Source of the DNA: a virus | Lineage: Duplodnaviria > Caudoviricetes | Virus record (IMG/VR): IMGVR_UViG_3300032782_000002 | Length of the DNA: 64,000 nt | Strand: one strand, 5' to 3' | Shown here: piece by piece, positions 41,506-48,811 of the stretch | How positions within the stretch are numbered: the stretch's first letter is position 1 | Layout: each line of letters opens with the position of its first letter | Made by a program: the position numbers and the translations under genes | The notes under the pieces: generated by a model | Told to the model about the DNA's origin: nothing | Seen by the model: the letters and a program-made list of their open reading frames with translations, nothing else | Databases searched by the model: none

Positions 41506-41577
41506 TGGGCGCACGTGGAATTGCACCACGACCTGCCGCTTATCAGACGGCTGTCCAGACTACTAGACTATACGCCC
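41506..41577 (-). tRNA. tRNA-Ile(GAT)
   Basis: GCCGT-CTGATAA-GCGGC. Confidence 0.85.
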
Positions 41578-41578
41578 G

Positions 41579-41654
41579 TGGTACGGGGCAGCGGGATCGA
41601 ACCGCTCAGGACCGGCTTGTCGAGCCGGCGTCCGCACCAGCGAACATGCCCCGT
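41579..41654 (-). tRNA. tRNA-Val(GAC), C33, CCA encoded
   Basis: CCGGC-TCGACAA-GCCGG. Confidence 0.8.
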
Positions 41655-41676
41655 GTGGATGTGGTAGAAGGAATGG

Positions 41677-42189
41677 ATGTCGATCGTCGTCACGCCGCTG
41701 AGCATCGACAATCCCGACGCGGACATCGGTGCCAGCGTCATCGCGGACGTCGCGGGCGGCGAGACGATGATCTACGAGACGCCGACCGACGACGGCGAGC
41801 TACGCCGCATCCGCGAGATCGGTGTCACTACCGACAGGCCGATCGTTGTCTTCCTGCGCCGCAAGGACGCTCAAGGCATGCAGCTGCGTCGCGTCGGGGT
41901 TGGTCAAGGCGGCACCATCCTCTGGCGCATGGCACCGGAGGAGCCGTGCATCGCGACGAGGGGGAGCCCGCTGCAGCTCTGCGTCGACTCGAAAGAGCAC
42001 ACCGACGTAACCCAGATCACCGCCCACGTGTACTGGGATGCCGTCGCCCGCCCCGCCTTGGTCGAGGAGGCCACCAGGGCGCTGCGTGAGCTGGAAGCGG
42101 GCGCCGTCGTCGAGTGCACCGCCGTGGAGTCGAACCACCATGCCGAGCCGTTCATAGGGCGGCCCCCGGAGCCCGTCCGGGCTAGGTGA
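41677..42189 (+). CDS. hypothetical protein; 3' end runs antisense into a tRNA
   Basis: 170-aa ORF with protein-like composition. Confidence 0.6.
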   Translation: MSIVVTPLSIDNPDADIGASVIADVAGGETMIYETPTDDGELRRIREIGVTTDRPIVVFLRRKDAQGMQLRRVGVGQGGTILWRMAPEEPCIATRGSPLQLCVDSKEHTDVTQITAHVYWDAVARPALVEEATRALRELEAGAVVECTAVESNHHAEPFIGRPPEPVRAR

Positions 42190-42195
42190 CGGTGC
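42115..42195 (-). tRNA. atypical tRNA, anticodon TAT (Ile?), enlarged D region
   Basis: GCACCGT/GCGGTGC acceptor; loop CCTATGA; TTCGACT T-loop. Confidence 0.55.
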
Positions 42196-42199
42196 GTAG

Positions 42200-42267
42200 T
42201 TGGACGCCAGGGAATCGGACCCTGCGCTGCTCCGTGTGAGAGAGCTGCTCTCGCCAGATAGCGTCCA
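42200..42267 (-). tRNA. tRNA-Val(CAC), minimal D arm
   Basis: GCTCT-CTCACAC-GGAGC. Confidence 0.7.
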
Positions 42268-42273
42268 GTGAAG

Positions 42274-42343
42274 TCGCAGCGAAGGGACTCGAACCCTAGA
42301 CACAACGCGTATGAAACGTCGGCCTCACCTTGAGGGCGCTGCG
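42274..42343 (-). tRNA. tRNA-Met(CAT)
   Basis: GACGT-TTCATAC-GCGTT. Confidence 0.75.
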
Positions 42344-42344
42344 G

Positions 42345-42417
42345 TTGCGGGGGCCGTGTTGCACCGGCGTGGCCAGGGTTATGAGCCGTGGTCGGGACTA
42401 AGTCCACCCTCCCCGCG
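42345..42417 (-). tRNA. tRNA-fMet(CAT)-like
   Basis: C1xA72 mismatch; loop CTCATAA. Confidence 0.75.
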
Positions 42418-42418
42418 G

Positions 42419-42490
42419 TGTCCTCGGAAGGAATCGAACCTTCATCGCTGGTTCCGTAGACCAGAGCCTTATCCGTTGGGCTACGAGGAC
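42419..42490 (-). tRNA. tRNA-Arg(ACG)
   Basis: CTGGT-CTACGGA-ACCAG. Confidence 0.9.
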
Positions 42491-42514
42491 AGATGATGCG
42501 TGACGTTGCGCAGT

Positions 42515-42757
42515 TTACTCTGCCGTGCCTTCGCGCACGGCTTGCTTGTCGAGCTGACGGCCTTCCTTCGCGGCGAGGCGCGTCCACAGCTTGCGGTTGC
42601 GGCGCAGGATCTTATCCGTCGAGCCGAACGCCCGCCGCTGGGCCAGGAGCCATCCGTGGTGGTCGCTGCGAGGGCGTACCGTGGGTACCTTGCGGGCCCC
42701 GGCTTTCTCGACGCCAGGGTGATCGCCAGCGGTCGGGTGCTTGTTCGAGCGGGACAT
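42515..42757 (-). CDS. small basic hypothetical protein inside the tRNA array
   Basis: 80-aa ORF filling the gap between tRNAs. Confidence 0.5.
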   Translation of the reverse strand: MSRSNKHPTAGDHPGVEKAGARKVPTVRPRSDHHGWLLAQRRAFGSTDKILRRNRKLWTRLAAKEGRQLDKQAVREGTAE

Positions 42758-42774
42758 GGCGTCGAGCCTACCAG

Positions 42775-42843
42775 TGCCTCCGGACCGAGTCGAACGGTCA
42801 TGACCAAGATTCGTATTCTCGGCACCAGTCCCCTGGCGGAGGC
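42775..42843 (-). tRNA. atypical tRNA, anticodon ACG, short D arm
   Basis: CGAGA-ATACGAA-TCTTG; GACCG-TTCGACT-CGGTC. Confidence 0.6.
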
Positions 42844-42844
42844 G

Positions 42845-42876
42845 TCTCTTCGCCGGGAGTCGAACCCGGACACGGC
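42845..42876 (-). pseudogene. tRNA 3' half, truncated by an insertion
   Basis: CCGGG-TTCGACT-CCCGG-CGAAGAGA with no matching 5' half found. Confidence 0.65.
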
Positions 42877-42981
42877 TTTGCCCGACAAGTCGCGCCTGCC
42901 CGACAAGTCCCCCGGCTGCCCGGTAATTGCGCGTAGCGTTACCGTAGACCGTCCGTGCGGTAGTGGGATACGACGGGGGCC

Positions 42982-43623
42982 GTGCCCATCGATCGCGCTA
43001 GGCCGGAGCCGTCGAAGTTCAACTCCAAGCTCTCTCTGCCATACCAGCTCCGCATCGACGACTTCAAGCTGGCGATGCAGGACATCTACGACTTCTTCTA
43101 CGACGTGAACAACCTGCTCGCGTCGAAGGGTCTCGCCCGCCTGGACGACATGCTGCGTCCCGCGGGCATGTCCGGGCTTCTCTCCGACATGCTGACGGCC
43201 AGCCTCTCCAAGCACTCGCGGACGCTGACGGAGAACCTGCACCACAACGGGCACCCGGACCTCATCGTGCGAGGCAAGTATCCCAAGAACGCCATCGAGT
43301 CCGGGACGGACGGTGTGGAGATCAAGACGACCCGAAAGAAGGGCGGCGCCGTGGACACGCACGGAGCACGGGACCAGTGGATGTGCGCCTTCGTCTACGC
43401 CGTGGACAACAGCACCGAACCCGCGGTGGATCGGCGTCCGATGATGTTCACTGAGGTCTACCTGGGACATGTCACGAAGTCCGACTTCCGAAAAAACCCA
43501 CGCGGGGAGCTGGGGACGCGCACGGCGACGCTCGATAAGGACGGTATCGCTAAGCTCCGCGTGAGCTGGCTTTACCTCGACGAGAAAAAGGAAGAACGAG
43601 ACTTGAAGAAGTGGCGCCGCTGA
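42982..43623 (+). CDS. type II restriction endonuclease-like (PD-(D/E)XK)
   Basis: HNGHPDL...GVEIKTT; convergent with a DNA methyltransferase. Confidence 0.7.
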   Translation: MPIDRARPEPSKFNSKLSLPYQLRIDDFKLAMQDIYDFFYDVNNLLASKGLARLDDMLRPAGMSGLLSDMLTASLSKHSRTLTENLHHNGHPDLIVRGKYPKNAIESGTDGVEIKTTRKKGGAVDTHGARDQWMCAFVYAVDNSTEPAVDRRPMMFTEVYLGHVTKSDFRKNPRGELGTRTATLDKDGIAKLRVSWLYLDEKKEERDLKKWRR

Positions 43624-44521
43624 CCTCGATGCGGGCGAGGCGGGGGATTGCTTCCGCTGCCGTGGCGAAGTACGTCGCGTCCAGTTCGATGCCGATGCTC
43701 TGGTAGCCGATCGACTCGGCAGCGGCGATGGTCGAGCCGCCGCCCATGAATGGGTCGAGTACGATGCCCTCGCCCAACGGCAAGGATGCCCGCACGAGCT
43801 GGCGCATGAGCGCTTGTGGCTTTAGCGACGGATGAGGGGCGATGCTGCGCTCCCAGCGTCGCGTCGGGGCCGATTGGATCACGTCGGAGAACGGCTGGTC
43901 CGCTGAGATGCGCCGCAGCGCCCCAGCCTTCCACTTACGGAGGTTGTCCTGTACGCGCCCCTCGACGGGCTTGCGAAACAGTCCCCACGGTTCCCAGCCC
44001 GACCGCGGCATCACAGTCACGTCGTCGAACTCCTCGTGCGCGTTCTTCGGTCGGTCGCCACCGCGAAGTGTCTGGACGAGACGGATGATCTCGCCACGCT
44101 TCTCGAAACCCGCCTCGATGAACGGTCCCCACGTCACGTGTGAGAGCAGAGGATTCGATGCGATAAAGACGTGGCCGCCTGGGACTAGGACGCGCATGGC
44201 GCCCTCAGCTAGCCGCACGAAGAAGTGGCGCAGGGCCACCTTGTCCGTATCGGTCAGCACCGTGAAGCGCGGGAGCGGGCTGCGCTCGTGGCCGTCGAAC
44301 GACGGGGGGATGCGCCACACGCCACCGCGCCCCTTACGGAGCTTGCCCTTCTCTTCGTCCGTGTACTCCTTCACACCGTAGGGCGGATCGGTCACGATGG
44401 CGTGGATCGACTGCGGAGCCCGCTCAGCCATCCACACGAAGCAGTCCGCGTTGTGGATCGTGTAGCGGCCATCGCTGAGAGAGCGTCCCGTTCGGACGGT
44501 GACGGCAGCTCTCGCCTTCAC
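43550..44521 (-). CDS. site-specific DNA methyltransferase (N4/N6, beta class)
   Basis: IVTDPPY precedes HPSLKP...VLDPFMGGGST...GIELD; start uncertain. Confidence 0.9.
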   Translation of the reverse strand: MKARAAVTVRTGRSLSDGRYTIHNADCFVWMAERAPQSIHAIVTDPPYGVKEYTDEEKGKLRKGRGGVWRIPPSFDGHERSPLPRFTVLTDTDKVALRHFFVRLAEGAMRVLVPGGHVFIASNPLLSHVTWGPFIEAGFEKRGEIIRLVQTLRGGDRPKNAHEEFDDVTVMPRSGWEPWGLFRKPVEGRVQDNLRKWKAGALRRISADQPFSDVIQSAPTRRWERSIAPHPSLKPQALMRQLVRASLPLGEGIVLDPFMGGGSTIAAAESIGYQSIGIELDATYFATAAEAIPRLARIEVSGATSSSLVLPFSRRGKASSRGA

Positions 44522-44675
44522 GACGCGGCCCCGTCGTGCGCCTGGCGCACAGCGCCAGTAACCCGGATCCGCGACCCCACAACCACCGTTCTTTTCGGCG
44601 TCGTATGGCGCGGCCCACAGACCATCCACACCTGAACACACACGGCTTTTCCACCGGGGTTGCGCACAGGTTGTC

Positions 44676-44864
44676 CTACTTCTTCCCGGCTGCTTGGCGC
44701 GGGACATCCCAGTGGACCGACTTGCACTTGGGACAGAGCTTCGGCCGCACGTCCTCTGCCGCCATCCCACGCGGCACGTTCTCCGCCCGGGGCCCTCGCG
44801 CCTGCCATTCGTGCCCGCACCGCTCGCAGCGGTAGCCGGGCACCTTCATCGTGATGCTCGCCAT
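44676..44864 (-). CDS. small zinc-ribbon protein
   Basis: CERCGHEW...PKLCPKCKS..WD; promoter TTGACC-17-TAAGGT just upstream. Confidence 0.7.
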   Translation of the reverse strand: MASITMKVPGYRCERCGHEWQARGPRAENVPRGMAAEDVRPKLCPKCKSVHWDVPRQAAGKK

Positions 44865-44872
44865 ACCCAGGG

Positions 44873-44950
44873 ACCTTACGCACGAATTACTCCACGGTCA
44901 AGGTTTCTTTGCCGGTAAGCCTTGACGAACTTACCTAGCCGGGTAATAAT
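44873..44950. promoter_or_regulatory. back-to-back leaderless promoters
   Basis: minus: TTGACC-17-TAAGGT then ATG 44864; plus: TTGACG-17-AATAAT then ATG 44957. Confidence 0.6.
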
Positions 44951-44956
44951 AGGTGC

Positions 44957-46069
44957 ATGGTTGACGCGCGGCAAGAGAAGGGGCGGTCCCTGGCTAGGGA
45001 CAAGCGGATCCGCAAGGTCGAGGGCGCGACGTGGTACGTGCCCTCCGAGTCCAAGAACGAGGGCGGCTACCTCGTGAACATGCTCGGGCAGACCTGCTCG
45101 TGCCCGGACCACGAGACCCGGATGTGCAAGTGCAAGCACATGTGGGCGGTGGAGTTCGTGCAGACCGTCGAGGTCGCGGCGGACGGCTCCGCGACGATGA
45201 CCGAGACGGTCAAGGTCACGCGGAAGACCTACGCGCAGGACTGGCCGGCCTACAACGCCGCGCAGTGCGCCGAGAAGGAGACTGCCGCCGTCCTGCTCCG
45301 GGGCCTCTGCGACGGCATCCTGAGCCCGCCCCAGGCCGGCCGTGGGCGTCCCCGCACGCCGCTCTCCGATGCCGTGTTCGGGATGGTCACGAAGGTCTAC
45401 ACGACCGTCTCGGGACGGCGCGCCTCGACGGACCTTGAGGCGTGCGCCGAGGCAGGCCACATGCGCAAGGCCCCCAAGTACAACACCCTGTTCGACTACA
45501 TGGAGAAGCCCGAGCTGACGCCGCTGCTCACGCGGCTGGTCGAGGAGAGCGCCGCACCGCTGGCGTGCGTCGAGACGCAGTTCGCGGCCGACTCCACCGG
45601 CTTCTCCACCGTGACCTACCGCCGCTGGTACGACGCCAAGTACGGCCACGAGATGAAGGAGCACGGCTGGATCAAGGCGCACGCGATGGTCGGCACGACC
45701 ACGAACGTCATCACCGCGATCCGCGTGACCGACTCCGACGCGCACGACGGCCCCGAGCTTCCCGGGCTGGTCAAGGCGACCGCTCAGCGGTTCACCATGG
45801 GCGATGTCTCGGCCGACAAGGCGTACCTGTCCCACGCGAACCTTGCTGCCATCGAGGCCGCGAACGCCGTCCCCTACATCCCGTTCAAGTCGAACAGCAA
45901 GGGCGCTGGCCCGGCCGCGTGGCGTCGCATGTGGGGCCTGTTCATGTACCGGCTGGAGCCGCACCCTGCGGCTTCACCTGCACTGCTCCGGATGGAGCAT
46001 GGAGCGGATCGCGGGAATCGGACCCGCCTGGTGCTGCTTGGAAGGCAGCTGCGGCGCCTTGCCGCCTGA
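44957..46069 (+). pseudogene. SWIM zinc finger + DDE transposase, C-terminally truncated at ~45951
   Basis: CSCPD...CKH (SWIM), DSTGF, ADKAY; after WGLFMYR the frame reads through antisense tRNA-Gly and lacks the Y/R-x-E helix with the third catalytic residue. Confidence 0.75.
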
Positions 46070-46074
46070 TCCGC
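46000..46074 (-). tRNA. tRNA-Gly(TCC), CCA encoded
   Basis: GCTGC-CTTCCAA-GCAGC. Confidence 0.85.
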
Positions 46075-46078
46075 ACGG

Positions 46079-46149
46079 AGCCACGTGTTGGATTCGAACC
46101 ACCTCGCTCGCTTACAAAGCAAGTGCATCGCCGCAATGCTTCACGTGGC
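46079..46149 (-). tRNA. tRNA-Thr(TGT)
   Basis: CTTGC-TTTGTAA-GCGAG. Confidence 0.85.
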
Positions 46150-46154
46150 GTCAG

Positions 46155-46226
46155 AGCCGACGAGGGGAGTTGCACCCCAGCCCGTCCCCGTACCAAGGGG
46201 AAGCACCACTCCGGTGCTGCATCGGC
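46155..46226 (-). tRNA. tRNA-Thr(GGT)
   Basis: TCCCC-TTGGTAC-GGGGA. Confidence 0.8.
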
Positions 46227-46297
46227 GTGCCAGGAGGTCAGGACGACCCTTGCGGGTGGCGACCTCCCACTTCCCGAGCCGTGAGGCTCGCGTCCTG

Positions 46298-46368
46298 TGG
46301 ACCTGCGGGGAGTCGCACCCCTGACGACCGCGCGTGCAAAGCGCGTCGGCTGCCTCCAGCACAAGCCC
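46298..46368 (-). tRNA. tRNA-Ala(TGC)
   Basis: G3:U70; loop TTTGCAC. Confidence 0.8.
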
Positions 46369-46374
46369 GAGCAG

Positions 46375-46445
46375 TGGACCGAGCCGGAATCGAACCGGCA
46401 TCTCTGGCTTGCGACGCCAGCATCTTCCCGTTAGACGATCAGCCC
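46375..46445 (-). tRNA. tRNA-Ala(CGC)
   Basis: G3:U70; CTGGC-GTCGCAA-GCCAG. Confidence 0.85.
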
Positions 46446-46446
46446 G

Positions 46447-46517
46447 TGGAGCGCGCGGGAATCGAACCCGCATTCCGAGACTGCCAGCCTCGTGTCCTCC
46501 CGTTGGACGAGCGCCCC
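46447..46517 (-). tRNA. tRNA-Ala(GGC)
   Basis: G3:U70; CGAGG-CTGGCAG-TCTCG. Confidence 0.88.
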
Positions 46518-46749
46518 GTTGTACTATCAGCCCGAAGACGAACCGCGACGACTCTCGGTCACGCTACGCAGCAGACCACGCCGTAGTCCTTCAGCTTCGA
46601 CCGCCTTGAACTCGCGCCGCCACCGCCTGCCGTGCATGCGCGACACCGGATGGTCCGGATCGATTCGAACAGGTGGTATGTCAGCTCCTCGTAGCGACGC
46701 AGGAGCCGCCCGTCAGATAGGTCGCGAGCGGCCATGCGAACGAGTCTAG

Positions 46750-46820
46750 CACCGGGCGAAGGAATCGAACCTTCTCGACGCGGGTTTTGGAGGCCCGCCG
46801 GCGACCATCGCCTGCCCGGC
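46750..46820 (-). tRNA. tRNA-Trp(CCA)
   Basis: Loop CTCCAAA; G73. Confidence 0.8.
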
Positions 46821-46826
46821 ATGAAG

Positions 46827-46898
46827 CGCCTCGTAGGGGACTCGCACCCCTCTCACTCCATAGACAGTGGAGCTGCGACACTCGTCGCATCACGAGGC
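46827..46898 (-). tRNA. tRNA-Asp(GTC)
   Basis: CTCCA-CTGTCTA-TGGAG. Confidence 0.8.
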
Positions 46899-46972
46899 AA
46901 GAGCGGCGACAAGAATGGCGGAGACGAACTTTTCCATGGTGTAGTCCCCACCGCATTCGCCGCGATCATCAG

Positions 46973-47045
46973 CCTCCTCGCCGCGAGTCGAACGCGGAGC
47001 ACGCGGTTTAGGAAACCGCAGCCGGGGATCCGCCCGGACGAGGAG
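46973..47045 (-). tRNA. tRNA-Arg(CCT)
   Basis: GCGGT-TTCCTAA-ACCGC. Confidence 0.8.
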
Positions 47046-47129
47046 AGGCGCAGCCGGCGAGCACGGTCGCATAAGTCGAACACCCCGAAGGGCACCCGGA
47101 TCGTACGCGCGGACATCGCTGCTGCGCGG

Positions 47130-47203
47130 GGTGAGTAGCCGGAGTCGAACCGAGCTTCGGCGGGTTCACAGGCCGCCCTCGTTACCGAACGAGTACACCC
47201 ACC
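47130..47203 (-). tRNA. tRNA-His(GTG)
   Basis: G-1:C73; loop CTGTGAA. Confidence 0.85.
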
Positions 47204-47216
47204 ATAACAGTTGCAG

Positions 47217-47291
47217 TCAGGGAGGCCGGAGTTGCACCGGCACCTTCCGCTTCCAGAGCGGGGATGCTGAGCTGTTGAACACTACTCCCTG
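47217..47291 (-). tRNA. tRNA-Pro(TGG), C33/A37
   Basis: C1:G72, A73; loop TCTGGAA. Confidence 0.75.
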
Positions 47292-47292
47292 G

Positions 47293-47366
47293 TCAGTGCG
47301 GCCGGATTCGAACCGGCACTACTCGCTCCCGAAGCGAGGGTGCTACCGTTGGGACACTACGCACTG
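47293..47366 (-). tRNA. tRNA-Pro(CGG)
   Basis: CTCGC-TTCGGGA-GCGAG. Confidence 0.88.
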
Positions 47367-47483
47367 ATTGGCGGCGCTTTCGCCGCTGTCACCCCTGTTC
47401 GTTCCCTTCGCCCGCCGACCGAGGATGCGTCGCGTTGGCTAGCCCGCGTGCTTCCAGGCACTCTGAGGGGCTCGGGTTCTGCG

Positions 47484-47558
47484 TGCACGGCCGTCGAATC
47501 GAACGACGTTCTTCCGCTCTTCAGGCGGACGCTGAATGACCACACTAGCTCGCCGTGC
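47484..47558 (-). tRNA. tRNA-Phe(GAA)
   Basis: TCCGC-CTGAAGA-GCGGA. Confidence 0.85.
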
Positions 47559-47565
47559 ATTGTCG

Positions 47566-47637
47566 TACACCGTACGGGAGTTGCACCCGCCTCGCGAGCT
47601 TGAAAGGCCCGCCGCCACACTCGCTGCGTCACGGTGC
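47566..47637 (-). tRNA. tRNA-Glu(TTC)
   Basis: CGGGC-CTTTCAA-GCTCG. Confidence 0.8.
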
Positions 47638-47641
47638 GTAG

Positions 47642-47714
47642 CGCCCCCACTGGGAATCGAACCCAGCTCTCCTGATTGAGGGTCAGGTGACTTGAGCCTC
47701 TGGTCGATAGGGGC
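47642..47714 (-). tRNA. tRNA-Glu(CTC), C33
   Basis: CCTGA-CCCTCAA-TCAGG. Confidence 0.85.
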
Positions 47715-47788
47715 GTTATGTTAGAAAAGGCCGGTTGCCTTGAACATGGCCGCGACCTGCGCGGTCTTGTTCAAGCAAGCTGCCATAG

Positions 47789-47857
47789 AGCCGGATGAGG
47801 GAGTTGCACCCTACCTGCGCGGAGTACGAACCCGCGATGGTCCTCGACCGATCCGGC
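47789..47857 (-). tRNA. tRNA-Thr(CGT), short D arm
   Basis: GCGGG-TTCGTAC-TCCGC; U73. Confidence 0.7.
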
Positions 47858-47861
47858 GTAG

Positions 47862-47934
47862 CGGTGCGTGGAGGAATCGAACCTTCCTGTCGGCAGGCTA
47901 ACAGTCTGCTGCTGGGCCATTCAGCTTACGCACC
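47862..47934 (-). tRNA. tRNA-Asn(GTT)
   Basis: Loop CTGTTAG; G73. Confidence 0.8.
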
Positions 47935-47940
47935 ATGAAG

Positions 47941-48013
47941 CTCCGGGAAGAGGAATCGAACCCCTGCAGGACTCGTGAACAGCGAGTTGCCCAAGCCATC
48001 AGGCGCTCCCGGA
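47941..48013 (-). tRNA. tRNA-Asn(GTT), second copy with C37
   Basis: ACTCG-CTGTTCA-CGAGT; U1:A72, G73. Confidence 0.75.
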
Positions 48014-48144
48014 ATTGCGCGGCGTCTTACGAGACAGCCCGCGCGTCTTCACACACGAACACGGAGAGGCACCATGCGCCCGTTCGGGTCGCCGCCACGT
48101 CCGTTCAAGTTTTCAGGGAGCAAAGCGTGGCTGCCGCCATCGCC

Positions 48145-48220
48145 TGGTTGGGGCTGAGGGAATCGAACCCCCATAAGCAGGGTCAGAGACTGCTGTCCTA
48201 TGCCATTGGACGAAGCCCCA
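48145..48220 (-). tRNA. tRNA-Gln(CTG), CCA encoded
   Basis: TGGGGCT acceptor; loop CTCTGAC. Confidence 0.85.
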
Positions 48221-48221
48221 G

Positions 48222-48293
48222 TGCGCTCGGACGGAATCGCACCGTCACCTCAACGGGTAAGAGCCGCGTGTGCTACTTTGACACTACGAGCGC
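48222..48293 (-). tRNA. tRNA-Lys(CTT)
   Basis: Loop CTCTTAC. Confidence 0.8.
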
Positions 48294-48301
48294 GCGTCAC
48301 G

Positions 48302-48374
48302 TGGGCCCGGAGGGAATCGAACCCTTCACCTCATCGGGTAAAAGCCGAGTGTGCGACCGTTACACCACGAGCCC
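48302..48374 (-). tRNA. tRNA-Lys(TTT)
   Basis: Loop CTTTTAC. Confidence 0.85.
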
Positions 48375-48433
48375 CTGATCTCCTTGGTTGGGCTCGCGTT
48401 TGGTTCTGCGGATCATCGTCGCTCTCGTCTTCG

Positions 48434-48515
48434 TGTAGCGGGGTGGAGTCGAACCACTCGCCGTAGGCCACGGTTTTACAGACCGCTTGGGCATGCCCTG
48501 CCCTCGTCCCGCTAC
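48434..48515 (-). tRNA. tRNA-Tyr(GTA)
   Basis: GCGGT-CTGTAAA-ACCGT; variable arm. Confidence 0.8.
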
Positions 48516-48548
48516 ATGGAACTGCTCGTCGCGCTGCTTGCAGGGCCC

Positions 48549-48590
48549 AAAACGACTGCGGCCCGCCGGGAGGTCTTCCGGGCGGGCCGC
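48549..48590 (-). terminator. attenuator-like terminator hairpin upstream of the tRNA array
   Basis: GCGGCCCGCC...GGCGGGCCGC followed by AGTCGTTTT. Confidence 0.6.
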
Positions 48591-48623
48591 GTGTGCGCTT
48601 GAGCGCTTCAACGTCGGCCTGCC

Positions 48624-48749
48624 CTACTCGATACCCGCCTCCGGCTTGGGATTCTGCTGCGACGACCGGAGGCTTTCGCGCACGCAGGTATACCTGACGG
48701 CCCAGCGGGTCGTCGTGGTATCCAGATGCAACGCGAAAGAACGTGTCAT
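48624..48749 (-). CDS. putative 41-aa leader peptide
   Basis: MTRSFALHLDTTTTRWAVRYTCVRESLRSSQQNPKPEAGIE, between promoter and hairpin. Confidence 0.5.
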   Translation of the reverse strand: MTRSFALHLDTTTTRWAVRYTCVRESLRSSQQNPKPEAGIE

Positions 48750-48762
48750 CGAAGGTACTCGG

Positions 48763-48791
48763 ACCATGACACCGCTGCGCATCTTGCGCAA
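48763..48791 (-). promoter_or_regulatory. putative promoter of the tRNA array
   Basis: TTGCGC-17bp-CATGGT. Confidence 0.45.
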
Positions 48792-48811
48792 GAGCAAAAA
48801 CGCAACGCTCG

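Larger units (their letters stand above)
42877..45951. mobile_element. IS-like insertion carrying an R-M pair; right part deleted
   Basis: Starts at the broken tRNA with TGCCCGACAAGTC repeats (42879, 42897, degenerate 42917); contains REase, MTase, Zn-ribbon gene and truncated transposase. Confidence 0.6.

Noticed and set aside
45952-45998. 5' half of the broken tRNA at 42845, or tRNA-Sec
   Set aside because: The acceptor strand does not match CGAAGAG, and no TCA anticodon arm can be folded
47367-47480. HDV-like or hammerhead ribozyme 3' of tRNA-Phe
   Set aside because: Contains TCCTCG and hairpins, but I could not build a consistent P1-P4 or hammerhead core
45804-48611. ORF-track proteins across the tRNA array
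   Set aside because: They overlap tRNA cloverleafs and lack protein-like composition
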